Shown piece after piece: positions 35,223-45,367 of a stretch of 64,000 bases of DNA. The translations under genes were made by a program, and so were the position numbers. The DNA lies in the NCBI GenBank assembly GCA_965649955.1, contig CBFGMX010000001.1, forward strand, positions 16,032-80,031, given 5' to 3'. The notes beneath the pieces are model-generated. The model was not told the DNA's origin and ran no database searches. It was given only the letters and a program-made list of their open reading frames with translations. Source of the DNA: an uncultured bacterium. Its GTDB lineage: Bacteria > Acidobacteriota > Blastocatellia > Pyrinomonadales > Pyrinomonadaceae. How positions within the stretch are numbered: the stretch's first letter is position 1; each line of letters begins with the position of its first letter.

Positions 35223-37382
35223 CTATTTACTTGACGTCACTGTCGCGGAATCATCGAGGTATTTCTTCAGCCACGAATGGACTTCCTGATACCAGTAGCG
35301 ACTATTTTCACCTTTCAAAATCCAGTGATTCTCATCCGGCCACACGAGGAGCCGGCTCGGTATACGCAGCCGTTGCAGGACGCTCCAGTTTTCCAGCGTC
35401 TGATTCAGCGGCACGCGAAAGTCGTTCTCGCCCACTGAAAGCAGGATCGGCGTGCGGAAGTTCGCGGCGAATCGGATCGGGTTCTGCTCGCGCCAGACCG
35501 GACCCTGCTCCCACACCGGACCACCATTGTTCATCTCTCGCGAGTAAATCGTGTCGCTGGTGCCCCACTGCGATTCGAGATTGATCAACCCGGCGTGACT
35601 GATCAGCGTCTTGTAACGCGTAGTCGTCGCCTGCATCCAGTTCGCGAGGTGCCCGCCGTAACTTGCACCCGCGGCAGCCTGACGTGCTCCGTCGATGAAT
35701 GGATACAGCCGGATCGCCTCGTCGGCGCCTTCGTTGATCTCGTTGGCTGGTCCTTTGAACGGATCGCCCTGGATGCTCTGCGCGAACGCTTCGCCGAATC
35801 CCGTCGAGCCGGAGTAATTTGTCAGCAGCACGACGTAACCCGGGCGGCCGAGCAGGAAGTAGTTCCAACGAAGTCCCCAGTTGTCGCGCCACATACTGTG
35901 TGGCCCACCGTGCATCAACACCAGCAGCGGATACTTCCCGCGTTCGTCGAAGTTCGGCGGCAGCGCGATCATGTTGTGAATGCGTTTGCCGGCTTTGCTG
36001 GTGAACCAGAAGTGACGCAGCGGTTGCCAATCGATCCTTGCAACCTGTTGGGCGTTGAATGACGTGAGTGGTTGTTGAGTTTTGGAAGTGAGATCGAGTC
36101 GAAACAGTTCCGGAGGATTGGTTGCGCTTTCCCAGTTCGCGATCAGTATCGTGGACGGGGCTTTCGAAGGGATACGCAGGTTTGTATAGACGCCGCGCGT
36201 CATGTCCATTGCGAGCTTAACGTCACCACCGTCGGCGGGCATGGTAAAGAGTTTTTCGTTTCCCGCTTCTTCCGCTGTCAGGAAGATCGTTCGGCTGTCG
36301 GGGGTGAACGCGAAGCTGCCGATTGAGCGATCGAATTTCGCGGTGAGGGTTGCCGGCTGGCCGGGGTTGGGCCAGGAAAATTTTGCGAGTCGATCGAGGT
36401 TATAGGTCTTGGTGTCGGATTCGATCTCGATCAGCGCGTAGAGTGCTTTGCCGTCCGGCCGGAAAGTGGGCCGAGTGAAACTATCGGCGCTGGTTGTCAG
36501 TCGCAGAGGTTCGCCGCCAGTCGCGGATACTTTGAAAAGCGACGTGTTTGTTTGCGCGTAAGCAGCGCGGTCGCGTGTAGTGCTGGCGACGAAGACGAGC
36601 GCGTCGCCCTCGGGCGTCCAAACTGCGTCGAGTTCGTCGCCGGAGTCGGTGGTGCGCCCCGCGAAGCCGCGTTCGGCTACCAACTTTGTTCCAGCCAATA
36701 AATCTTTGGCTTTCGCGCCGGGCTGCGCCTCTTGAACGAACAGGTGGGCCTGAGTGTCTTCAAGCCATTTGTCCCAGTTGCGAATGGGGAACCTGTCGTA
36801 AACGCGCACGCGGTACTTTTGTGCTTTGCGATCGGCGGCGATTTTCTTGTTTGCATCGTCGTCGGCGGTGCCGGGAAAGACGGTGCTGACGAATGCGAGT
36901 GCTTTGCCGTCGGGGCGCCACTGCGGGGAGCGTGCGCCGGTCGAAAGGGAAGTCACTCTTACCGCCTCGCCACCGTTCGCCACGTCCAGTATATAAATCT
37001 GACTTACTTCGTCGCCCTCGCGTCGCGCCGAAAAAGCGATCTGGCGACTGTCGGGACTCCACGCCACTCCACTCTCGCCGCCTTTACTGAAGGTCAGACG
37101 TCTCGCCTTAGTGCTGCCGTCGCTTGCGACGATCCACAGGTCGGAAATCTGCTCCTTTTCGTCGTATGCCGGTTCGACAAGAGAAAAGACCACCCACTTC
37201 CCGTCGGGACTCGGCAGCGGCGCCCCAACCCGTTTCATCGTCCACATCGATTCGTGCGTTAACGGAACTTTGTTCGGCGCTGTCTGTGCGGTAGCGATTG
37301 AAGCCGCCGAACTCAGGACCGTGGTCAGAACGAGCAGCGACAAGGATGCAAACGCGGATCTGCTGGGACTTTTTATGAACAT
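35223..37382 (-). CDS. S9-family serine peptidase (beta-propeller + prolyl oligopeptidase-type catalytic domain)
   Basis: Signal peptide. TolB-like repeats (SPDGKWVVF, SPDSRQIAF, RPDGKALAF). Nucleophile GASYGGHLANW. Confidence 0.88.
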   Translation of the reverse strand: MFIKSPSRSAFASLSLLVLTTVLSSAASIATAQTAPNKVPLTHESMWTMKRVGAPLPSPDGKWVVFSLVEPAYDEKEQISDLWIVASDGSTKARRLTFSKGGESGVAWSPDSRQIAFSARREGDEVSQIYILDVANGGEAVRVTSLSTGARSPQWRPDGKALAFVSTVFPGTADDDANKKIAADRKAQKYRVRVYDRFPIRNWDKWLEDTQAHLFVQEAQPGAKAKDLLAGTKLVAERGFAGRTTDSGDELDAVWTPEGDALVFVASTTRDRAAYAQTNTSLFKVSATGGEPLRLTTSADSFTRPTFRPDGKALYALIEIESDTKTYNLDRLAKFSWPNPGQPATLTAKFDRSIGSFAFTPDSRTIFLTAEEAGNEKLFTMPADGGDVKLAMDMTRGVYTNLRIPSKAPSTILIANWESATNPPELFRLDLTSKTQQPLTSFNAQQVARIDWQPLRHFWFTSKAGKRIHNMIALPPNFDERGKYPLLVLMHGGPHSMWRDNWGLRWNYFLLGRPGYVVLLTNYSGSTGFGEAFAQSIQGDPFKGPANEINEGADEAIRLYPFIDGARQAAAGASYGGHLANWMQATTTRYKTLISHAGLINLESQWGTSDTIYSREMNNGGPVWEQGPVWREQNPIRFAANFRTPILLSVGENDFRVPLNQTLENWSVLQRLRIPSRLLVWPDENHWILKGENSRYWYQEVHSWLKKYLDDSATVTSSK

Positions 37383-37507
37383 GGTGATCCTCCTGTTGAG
37401 CGGATGGGTTGGCGTCGGAAATAATAACCCAACACTATCGTCATTTTCTTATGAGCGTCTCGAAATCGATTCCGAAGTATAAACTTAGCGTCGGACAGGG
37501 GGTAGAC

Positions 37508-39487
37508 ATGGCGGAAACATCAGAACGTCGCTCGACTTACAGACGAACAGAAGACATCTACCGCAAGGCAATCGAAGACATTCGTGACTACGCGATCTTC
37601 ATGCTCAATACCGATGGGTTAGTCACCAACTGGAACGTCGGCGCGCAACACATACTTGGGTACACCGAAGAGGAGATCATCGGCAAACACGGCGCCAGAC
37701 TGTTTACGGCTGAAGATAGAAGTAAAAACGTACCGGAGCAGGAGATGAGGACTGCTGCGACAACGGGTCGCGCTGAAGACGAGCGATGGCACGTTCGCAA
37801 AGACGGTTCTCGTTTCTGGGCAAGCGGAGTCATGACGCCGGTGTTTGATCAGGCCGGCACACTGATCGGCTTTTCAAAGGTCATGCGCGACATGACTGAA
37901 CGCAACCGGTTGACAGAGGAGCGCGACCGGTTCTTCGCATTATCGATGGACATGTTGAGCATTGTTCATTTGGATGGTCGATTCCAGCGGGTAAATCCGG
38001 CTTTTCCGTCTGCGCTGGGCTTTTCTGAGGAGGAATTGCTCACGATGACAGTATTTGATCTGCTCCATCCCGACGATCTTCCCAAGACGTTGCGCGAATA
38101 CGAGAAGCTTGCGTTAGGCGAGCCCACCCGATCGATGGAGAACCGTTTACGTACTAAGGACGGAGCATATCGGTGGGTGGACTGGAGCTATTTCCCGGTG
38201 CCGGAAGATGGTTTGGCATTTGCCGTCGGACGCGACACTACTGAGAGGCGGCAGATGCAGGAGATCCTCCGTCTGCGCGCGGATGAACTGGAGAACGCGA
38301 ATCGCGTTAAGGATGAGTTTCTCGCAACGATGTCGCATGAACTGCGCACGCCGTTGACGTCGATACTCGGCTGGGCCCGCCTACTGGATTCGGATCAACT
38401 GAAGCAAGGAGATAAGGCACGCGCAGTACAGGTGATCCAGCGCAACGCCGAAGCACAATCGAAGTTGATTGAAGACTTGTTGGACGTTTCACGCATCATT
38501 ACGGGGAAGCTGAGAATCGAGTCGCAGCCGGTGTCGTTTGCCGCGATCACGGAAAGCGTCGTCAGTTCGCTGCGCCCGGCAATCGATGCTAAGCAGTTAA
38601 ACCTCGAGACGTCGATCGATCCTACTGCTGGTCCAATAATGGGCGATCCCGCTCGACTGCAACAGATCGTCACGAACCTGCTCTCGAACGCGATCAAATT
38701 CACGCCGAGCGGTGGAAGCATTTCCCTGTGTGTGCAACGTTTCGATTCTCGAGTTCAATTGAAAGTAAAGGATACCGGCATGGGCATTGCCGCGGAGAAT
38801 TTGCCTCACGTTTTTGAACGGTTCAGGCAGGTAGACTCGTCGAACGTGCGCGCGCATGGCGGTCTTGGGCTGGGACTGGCGATCGTTGATTACCTCGTGC
38901 GGCAGCAGGGGGGCGTTGTCGTGGCTGAAAGCGAGGGCATCGGCAAGGGGGCAACTTTTACAGTCGACTTTCCGTTGACGACCGCTCAGGCAATGCACGG
39001 TGATTTGTCGTCGGTCGCTATGTTTGCAAACGCGGCAAATGCGGCGACGCCGAGTGGCGAGCAGTCGGGAGATCAGAAGCTCAAGAACTGCCGCATACTG
39101 CTGGTGGAAGATGATGTCGACACTCGGGAGTTACTTAGAACACTCCTGCGACGGCACGGCGCGGAGGTGATTTCCGTCGATTCGAGCGCGACTGCTTTGG
39201 AGGAGATCGCGCAGCAAAAACCGCACGTGATCATCAGCGATATCGGCATGGTCGGCGAGAACGGATACGAGTTTATGCGCCGGGTGAGAGCGTTGAGTCG
39301 CGAGGAGGGTGGACACATACCGGCGATTGCGGTAACCGCCTACGCCGGTATCGTCGATCGGCGCCGTGCGTTGATGGCGGGTTTCCAAACGCATCTGTCG
39401 AAACCGGTGGAGCCCGAGGATCTTGTTGCGGTGATTCGCAGTCTGACGTTTCAGCAGGATGACAGTGCTGAACAAACGAAGTGCTGA
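37508..39487 (+). CDS. hybrid sensor histidine kinase (PAS-PAS-HisKA-HATPase-REC)
   Basis: H-box FLATMSHELRTPLTSI, DTGMGI, GGLGLGLAI, and REC ILLVEDDVDTRE...ISDIGMVGENG. The start is ambiguous (37409, 37451 or 37508). Confidence 0.85.
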   Translation: MAETSERRSTYRRTEDIYRKAIEDIRDYAIFMLNTDGLVTNWNVGAQHILGYTEEEIIGKHGARLFTAEDRSKNVPEQEMRTAATTGRAEDERWHVRKDGSRFWASGVMTPVFDQAGTLIGFSKVMRDMTERNRLTEERDRFFALSMDMLSIVHLDGRFQRVNPAFPSALGFSEEELLTMTVFDLLHPDDLPKTLREYEKLALGEPTRSMENRLRTKDGAYRWVDWSYFPVPEDGLAFAVGRDTTERRQMQEILRLRADELENANRVKDEFLATMSHELRTPLTSILGWARLLDSDQLKQGDKARAVQVIQRNAEAQSKLIEDLLDVSRIITGKLRIESQPVSFAAITESVVSSLRPAIDAKQLNLETSIDPTAGPIMGDPARLQQIVTNLLSNAIKFTPSGGSISLCVQRFDSRVQLKVKDTGMGIAAENLPHVFERFRQVDSSNVRAHGGLGLGLAIVDYLVRQQGGVVVAESEGIGKGATFTVDFPLTTAQAMHGDLSSVAMFANAANAATPSGEQSGDQKLKNCRILLVEDDVDTRELLRTLLRRHGAEVISVDSSATALEEIAQQKPHVIISDIGMVGENGYEFMRRVRALSREEGGHIPAIAVTAYAGIVDRRRALMAGFQTHLSKPVEPEDLVAVIRSLTFQQDDSAEQTKC

Positions 39488-39525
39488 ACGTTTTCGTTAT
39501 TCGGATGTGATCTTTCGTTCGGAAT

Positions 39526-40467
39526 CTAAATTTCCATCAGGTCTTTACCGACGACAACACGTCCTTTGAAATGCGTGCGTACGCCTTCGGACCATTGTTC
39601 GTCCGTGATCGATGCGTCGTCGCCGGGGACGAAGTGAGATAAGACAAGCGTTTTTACGCCGGCTTGTGCCGCAATTTTACCGACGTCTTCAGGCAGCGTG
39701 TGTGCGGCCATCAGGTGTTCGCGCAATCGCTTCGCATTCGGCAGACGCCGGATCAGCGCTTCGATACCCGGCAGGTACATCACTTCATGGACCAACACGT
39801 CCGCACCCTTAGCAAACTCTGCCAACTCCGGCGCGTACGCCGTGTCACCTGAGATCACGATCGATCGATCTTTTGCGTCGAACCGGTAGGCGTAAGCCTG
39901 TTTGATTGGCGGGTGTCGAACGAGGCACGCGCTGACCTTGACGTCATCGTTCGTCATCACGACACCGGGTTTACTCACCTCGTGCGCCGTTATCAGACTA
40001 TTCGGGTCGGGCCGGCCTTCATCGGCCATACGCGTTTCGATGTCAAACTTCAGATAGTTGAAGAAATCTCGCGCCAACTGATTCATTCCGGTTGGACCAT
40101 AGGCGTCAACTCGCGTCGGTTGACCCGTTATCCAGGCGTTGTAGAGCAGCGGGCCGAAATCGAGATTGTGATCCGAATGGTGGTGAGTAATAAAGACGTA
40201 CCGCACGCGATTGAGTGCGACGCCGGCAGTGATCAACTGTTTCGACGTTCCATACGCGCAATCTACGAGATAAGGAACGTCGTTGATCATGATCAGCGTC
40301 GAGGGATTGCTGCGACCTGCTTCGCCGAGTCGTGGCCCACCTTTTGTTCCGAGCAGAATCACGCGAGTCGCCGTCGTCCGCTGGCCGGAAGCATTGCGAC
40401 GGAGCAACGCATGTGAAACAGCAAACCCGGTGGCGGTTGTCAGAAATCGTCTACGTGTAAGGGACAT
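39526..40467 (-). CDS. Tat-exported MBL-fold metallo-hydrolase
   Basis: MSLTRRRFLTTA Tat motif and the HxHxDH motif ITHHHSDHN. Confidence 0.85.
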   Translation of the reverse strand: MSLTRRRFLTTATGFAVSHALLRRNASGQRTTATRVILLGTKGGPRLGEAGRSNPSTLIMINDVPYLVDCAYGTSKQLITAGVALNRVRYVFITHHHSDHNLDFGPLLYNAWITGQPTRVDAYGPTGMNQLARDFFNYLKFDIETRMADEGRPDPNSLITAHEVSKPGVVMTNDDVKVSACLVRHPPIKQAYAYRFDAKDRSIVISGDTAYAPELAEFAKGADVLVHEVMYLPGIEALIRRLPNAKRLREHLMAAHTLPEDVGKIAAQAGVKTLVLSHFVPGDDASITDEQWSEGVRTHFKGRVVVGKDLMEI

Positions 40468-40536
40468 GGTTCAGCTCTCGTCTGATACGTGTAATCTCGC
40501 CTCTTTATAGCGGAACTGAAGAACCGGTGGATGATC

Positions 40537-41019
40537 TCAAAGTTGACCGCTCAGGTTGCCGGATCCAGTCGGCGAAAGAAGACGGCCGATCAGTTGATTC
40601 ATACGATCGAGATCGAGCGGCTTGGTTAGATAGCCGGAAACGCCTACGTCGTAAGCGGCGCGCTGAAAGCCCTCGGTGCCAAAAGCCGTAATCGCAATCA
40701 CCGGCACCTCCCGCAGCGCTTCGGTTTCGCGAATCCGGCGCGTCGCCCCGAGGCCGTCCAGCGTAGGCAAATTGATGTCCATCAGAATCAAGTTGGGCAG
40801 CATCTGCGCGGCGATCGTGACGGCGTCCTCACCATTGTTTGCCGTCACGACCCTATAACCCTGGTGCTGGAGATATAAACTGATTACGGCGAGATTATCC
40901 GCAGAGTCGTCCACCACCAGGATCAAAAACTTCGGCTCGGTTTGTTGACCCTCTCTCGGGGAATTATTGCGGTTGAGATTTGGGAGCCCCGCGGTTGCGA
41001 GAGGGTCTTTCTTTGTCAT
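40537..41019 (-). CDS. single-domain response regulator
   Basis: LILVVDDSADNLAV...ILMDINLPTLDG...TKPL, with a ~28-aa N-terminal extension. Confidence 0.85.
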   Translation of the reverse strand: MTKKDPLATAGLPNLNRNNSPREGQQTEPKFLILVVDDSADNLAVISLYLQHQGYRVVTANNGEDAVTIAAQMLPNLILMDINLPTLDGLGATRRIRETEALREVPVIAITAFGTEGFQRAAYDVGVSGYLTKPLDLDRMNQLIGRLLSPTGSGNLSGQL

Positions 41020-41069
41020 AGGACTTCGATTATAGCCAGCATCGGTTTGATCTGTGTAATCTTAGGCGC

Positions 41070-41933
41070 ATGAACGCGAAGTTTCATCCCGCAATGAAGG
41101 CTGTTAAAGCCGGTGACCTGGAGACATTCAAGGAGCTGATCGCGAAAGATCCATCTTTGGCGACGTCGAGATCGACGAGGAGTCATCCGACGTTGCTTCA
41201 ATGCGTAGTGCTCGACGGCAAGGACGGTCCCCATAATGTCGAGATGGCCCGGATCCTGATCGACGCCGGCGCGGAACTGAATGAACCCTTCGGCGCGACC
41301 GCAAGCATGGATAACCGCGCGTGCGCGGAGTTGTTGCTCGATCACGGCGCCGCGATCGATGGAACCGGCGGCTGGTCGCCCCTCGAAGAGGCTCTTTATT
41401 GGAACTCCAAAAACGTGATTGCTTTGTTACTCGAGCGCGGTGCGAAGGTGCAGAACCTGCGGACTGCCGCCGGACTCGGCCGGACCGATCTGATCGAGAG
41501 TTATTTCAATGCCGATGGAACGTTGAAACCCGAGGCGGGAAAGATCAACTGGCCCTGGGGTGATCTCGAAGCCATCGAACGATCCAATCACGATCCGCGA
41601 GGAAAGCAATCACTGGCGGATTGTGTTAAGTCGTGGTCGCAGGACCAGCAGGGAATCGTCAACAACGCCTTCGTCTTCGCTTGCATGCACGGCCACATCG
41701 AGGCCGCGAAACTGTTGTTAGAAAAAGGCGCCGACATCAACGCGATCCCCGGCGGGTTCGACTACGCCGGCACTGGCCTGCACTACGCCGCGCTGAACGG
41801 ACACCGTGCGATGGTCGAGTTCCTACTGGCCCACGGCGCCGATCGCACCATCAAAGACACGAAAGTCGGCTCGACCGCCGCCGGCTGGGCCGAGTACGGC
41901 GGCCACAAAGATCTTCTCGACCTGTTGGCCTGA
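41070..41933 (+). CDS. ankyrin repeat protein
   Basis: Repeats of the type G-x-T-x-LH-x-A-x-x-x-G-H, for example GTGLHYAALNGHRAMVEFLLAHGAD. Confidence 0.85.
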   Translation: MNAKFHPAMKAVKAGDLETFKELIAKDPSLATSRSTRSHPTLLQCVVLDGKDGPHNVEMARILIDAGAELNEPFGATASMDNRACAELLLDHGAAIDGTGGWSPLEEALYWNSKNVIALLLERGAKVQNLRTAAGLGRTDLIESYFNADGTLKPEAGKINWPWGDLEAIERSNHDPRGKQSLADCVKSWSQDQQGIVNNAFVFACMHGHIEAAKLLLEKGADINAIPGGFDYAGTGLHYAALNGHRAMVEFLLAHGADRTIKDTKVGSTAAGWAEYGGHKDLLDLLA

Positions 41934-41962
41934 ATCAACACTTACAAAGGACTCATTTTACG

Positions 41963-43681
41963 ATGAAAAAAAACCTCCGATATTCGCTTGCGTTACTCGT
42001 TCTAATCGTGTCTCAACAGATGGCCCTGGCCCAGGACCATGCGGCGAAGGTGCAGGAGGTCCTGACGCTGGCGAATAAGTACCGGCAGTTCAACGGCTCC
42101 GCGTTGGTCGCGGAGAACGGAAAGATTATCTACAAGGGTGGGCATGGAATGGCCAACATGGAGTGGAACATTCCGAATACGCCGGAGACAAAGTTTCGCC
42201 TGGGCTCGATCACGAAACAGTTCACGGCAATGCTCGCGCTGCAACTAGTCGAGCAGGGAAAGCTCAAACTCGACGGCAAAATTTCAGATTACCTGCCCGA
42301 TTACCGCAAGGACATCGGCGAGAAGGTCACGATTCATCATCTGCTGACACACACCTCGGGGATTCCGAGCTACACGAGCCAGCCGGGTTTCTTCGCAAAC
42401 GTGAGCCGCAATCCGTTTAAAGTCGCGGACTTCGTGAAGCAGTACGCCAGCGGCAATCTCGAGTTCGAGCCGGGAACGAAGTACGCCTACAACAACTCCG
42501 GTTACTTCCTGCTCGGCGCGATCATCGAGCGCCTCACCGGAAAACCGTACGAGCAGGCATTGCAGGAGATGGTGTTCGATAAAGTCGGCATGAAAAACAC
42601 CGGCTACGATCATCACGACACACTGATTCCGAAACGCGCAAACGGTTACGCAAAGACGGCCACCGGCTACGTCAACGCAGCCTATCTCGACATGTCGATT
42701 CCTTACGCCGCGGGTTCGCTGTACTCGACGGTCGAGGATCTGTACCTGTGGGACCAGGCGCTCTACACCGACAAACTCCTCACGTCGCAGTCGAAGGAGC
42801 TGATGTACAAACCATTTCTCGAGGAATATGCCTACGGGTGGGTTGTCACAAACGCGTCGTTTAAGTTGAAGGACCAGCCGATACCCGTCATTACGCACGG
42901 CGGCGGCATCAACGGTTTCACCACCACGATCGCGCGCTACCCAAGAGAGAAGAACCTGATAGTCCTACTCGACAACACCGGCAGCCCAAACCTGGACCAG
43001 TTGAGCGATAAGATCGCGAAGATCATGTACGACCAGCCATATGATCTGCCGAAATTGTCGATCGCCGCGATTGTCGAGAAGACGGTCGGTGAAAAGGGCA
43101 TCGACGCGGCCGTCGCCGAGTATCGCGATCTAAAAGCAAAACAATCGGCGACTTACAACTTCGCCGAGACCGAGTTGAATGCACTCGGTTACCGCCTGAT
43201 GCAGACGGGCAAGTTGAAAGAGGCGCTCGAGATATTCAAGCTCAACGTCGAGGCGTACCCGCAGGCGTTCAACACTTACGACAGTCTCGCCGAAGCGTAC
43301 ATGAACATGAACGAGCGTGAGTTGGCGATACAGAATTATAAGAAGTCGCTGGAACTAAACGCGAAGAACACTAATGCGGTCGAAATGTTGAAGAAACTCG
43401 AAAGGCCTGCCGCAACGGTAGACGCAAACACTTTCGACGCGTATGTCGGCGACTATGAACTCGCACCCGGATTCGTGTTGCGGGTGTTTCGCGAGGGCGA
43501 CAAGTTCATGACGCAAGCGACGGGACAGAACAAGATCGAGATCTTCGCCGAGCAGGACGGCACGTTCAGTCCACGTACCTTCGAGGCGAAGTTAACGTTT
43601 CTCAAAGACGCCGCAGGGACGGTCAACAGCGTAAAGCTCACCCAGGGTGGAAGAGAAACTATCGGGAAGAAGATCAAGTAA
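41963..43681 (+). CDS. serine hydrolase of the beta-lactamase/transpeptidase family with C-terminal TPR and DUF3471-like domains
   Basis: Signal peptide MKKNLRYSLALLVLIVSQQMALA. SxxK (SITK), YxN (YNN), HGG triad motifs. TPR region. The track start at 41633 overlaps the ankyrin gene in another frame. Confidence 0.88.
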   Translation: MKKNLRYSLALLVLIVSQQMALAQDHAAKVQEVLTLANKYRQFNGSALVAENGKIIYKGGHGMANMEWNIPNTPETKFRLGSITKQFTAMLALQLVEQGKLKLDGKISDYLPDYRKDIGEKVTIHHLLTHTSGIPSYTSQPGFFANVSRNPFKVADFVKQYASGNLEFEPGTKYAYNNSGYFLLGAIIERLTGKPYEQALQEMVFDKVGMKNTGYDHHDTLIPKRANGYAKTATGYVNAAYLDMSIPYAAGSLYSTVEDLYLWDQALYTDKLLTSQSKELMYKPFLEEYAYGWVVTNASFKLKDQPIPVITHGGGINGFTTTIARYPREKNLIVLLDNTGSPNLDQLSDKIAKIMYDQPYDLPKLSIAAIVEKTVGEKGIDAAVAEYRDLKAKQSATYNFAETELNALGYRLMQTGKLKEALEIFKLNVEAYPQAFNTYDSLAEAYMNMNERELAIQNYKKSLELNAKNTNAVEMLKKLERPAATVDANTFDAYVGDYELAPGFVLRVFREGDKFMTQATGQNKIEIFAEQDGTFSPRTFEAKLTFLKDAAGTVNSVKLTQGGRETIGKKIK

Positions 43682-43729
43682 ACGCGAGTTGAGTCCGCGG
43701 GCTGGCAGGCTTCATCGGATTAGTGAGGC

Positions 43730-44497
43730 TTAGTCGGTGACCCAGCGCAGGCCTTCCTGCGCGACGTCTACGGGAATCTCGTGATTGCCGTCGAACTCGC
43801 GGAACGTGACGTCGTAGCCCCGGGCGGTCAGGCTCACGGCGATGCGGCGGCCGCACCTATCGATGGGAAGAATGTGATCGTGCGTGCCATGCGAGATGAA
43901 GATCCGCGGCTCGCCATACGCAGCGCCGCTGACGACGAAGCCAGGCGAGAACGCGACGACACTGTGAAACAGATCGCCGTTGATCAATCCGAGTGAGATC
44001 GCGTACGAAGCGCCGTCGGAGAAACCTCCGATCGAAATGCGAGCCGGATCGATCGCTGTAGTTTCGAACACGCGCTTGAGTGCGCGGTTCAGAAATTCAA
44101 CATCCACGCCAAACGCATCGCCACCGATTGCGTCCCACGTCCGAGTGCGAGAGTTCGGTGCGAGCACGGCGAATCCCGTTTCGACGTGAGTACCTTCGAG
44201 ATAATCCAGCATGTCTTCGGCGCTTTGACCCGCGCCGTGCAACATCACGAATAAGGGAAGGGCAGACTGGCCCGCCGTGTTTGGTATCTGAAGAATGGCG
44301 TCACGGTCGTGGTCCAAACCCAGCTTGATCTGTCCGGTTGCGGAGGTTTTCACGTTGTTTGCGGCACGCGCGTTAAGTCTGCCGGGCCCCGAACGTTCTG
44401 TCAGGCGACAGGCATTACCCGCCGCGAGCGAGGCAACGACACTTCCGGCGATAGCACAAAACTCACGCCTGCTGAAAGTCGGGCTCGGTTTCATCAA
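43730..44497 (-). CDS. exported phospholipase/carboxylesterase-family alpha/beta hydrolase
   Basis: Tat-like SRREFCAIAG, LHGAGQSAED, nucleophile GGFSDGASY, and HGTHDHILP. Confidence 0.75.
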   Translation of the reverse strand: MMKPSPTFSRREFCAIAGSVVASLAAGNACRLTERSGPGRLNARAANNVKTSATGQIKLGLDHDRDAILQIPNTAGQSALPLFVMLHGAGQSAEDMLDYLEGTHVETGFAVLAPNSRTRTWDAIGGDAFGVDVEFLNRALKRVFETTAIDPARISIGGFSDGASYAISLGLINGDLFHSVVAFSPGFVVSGAAYGEPRIFISHGTHDHILPIDRCGRRIAVSLTARGYDVTFREFDGNHEIPVDVAQEGLRWVTD

Positions 44498-44629
44498 GGG
44501 CCATAGATTACACCGAACTTAATCGACCGCAAGATGACAGCGAACCTGACCCTAGAAAAACGCGGTGAGATGTTTTCCAAATACCGCGAAAACATTTCAC
44601 CGCGTCGTTCTGAATTAAGCTGCCAGCGA

Positions 44630-45223
44630 TCAGTGATGTGCGTGTTGCGACGGGCTGGCCGGTGCACCACCACCCGGCGTGTCTACCTCTATGACCGTGC
44701 GCATCCAGGGATGAATGCAGCACTGAAAACGGCTGGTGCCGACCGGCAGATCCGAACTGCCGGCAGTCGGACCATCTTCGCTCGCACCCGCGGGAATAAA
44801 AACAATGCCCGCGAAGTTGAGGCATTCGGGGGCAGGAACCGGGTTGCCGGAAATGCCGTTGAGTTCGTTAACGAATCCGCCTCCAAACTCGGCGACCTTA
44901 GTAAACGTGTGGACTTCGCCACCGCGGTTCTCAATCAACGTAGGCCGCCCGACGTTCAGATGCGCCTGGCTTGGTTGATTACGCCACGTGTGTACGTCCT
45001 GGGTTTCTTCGAGCTCTTCGATAAATTCAGCAAAAGTCGTCTTGCCGTTACCGATGCACGCGCCATCGCCCAGTACTGCGTTGAAGCTGGTGGGTTCACA
45101 ATCGTCGTACATCCGGAATTTCTTGTCGCCTTGAACAGCGCCAGCGCCGGCAGTGAGACTCAATAGAGCAACAGCCGCAAACGCCGTCCAGACTACGGTG
45201 CGGACACTAAACTTTCTTTTCAC
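44630..45223 (-). CDS. exported cupredoxin-like (type-1 blue copper) protein
   Basis: Signal peptide. Candidate ligands are His in GGEVHTFT and C-x2-H-x2-M in FQCCIHPWMRTVIEV, which resembles amicyanin CTPHPFM. His-rich C-terminus HAHH. Confidence 0.6.
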   Translation of the reverse strand: MKRKFSVRTVVWTAFAAVALLSLTAGAGAVQGDKKFRMYDDCEPTSFNAVLGDGACIGNGKTTFAEFIEELEETQDVHTWRNQPSQAHLNVGRPTLIENRGGEVHTFTKVAEFGGGFVNELNGISGNPVPAPECLNFAGIVFIPAGASEDGPTAGSSDLPVGTSRFQCCIHPWMRTVIEVDTPGGGAPASPSQHAHH

Positions 45224-45320
45224 GGATCGAAACCTCCTTGACTGCGCCGGCTCGTTCTGGTCTTAGAACACGAGCGGACTTCGTTGGAATGTGAGATAGC
45301 GCGGAAGGATATACACCTCG

Positions 45321-45341
45321 TTAATTGAGATTGTCAATTAA
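45321..45341. promoter_or_regulatory. perfect AT-rich inverted repeat TTAATTGA-N5-TCAATTAA
   Basis: 8-5-8 palindrome about 100 nt upstream of the cupredoxin start and 27 nt downstream of the propeller gene stop. AT-rich in a GC-rich context. Confidence 0.35.
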
Positions 45342-45367
45342 TTAATGTGTCGAGTTCGCGGTCTTGC

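Noticed and set aside
41633-41962. An upstream extension of the beta-lactamase-family ORF that would add 110 aa (MVAGPAGNRQQRLRLRLHARPH...).
   Set aside because: The extension overlaps the ankyrin gene in another frame and is Arg-rich nonsense. A clean ATG at 41963 followed by a signal peptide (MKKNLRYSLALLVLIV...) is the sensible start.
45321-45341. Reading the palindrome as a CRP/FNR-type site (TTGAT-N4-ATCAA).
   Set aside because: The TTGA and TCAA half-sites are 5 nt apart here, against 6 nt in the CRP/FNR consensus. It is kept only as a generic operator candidate.
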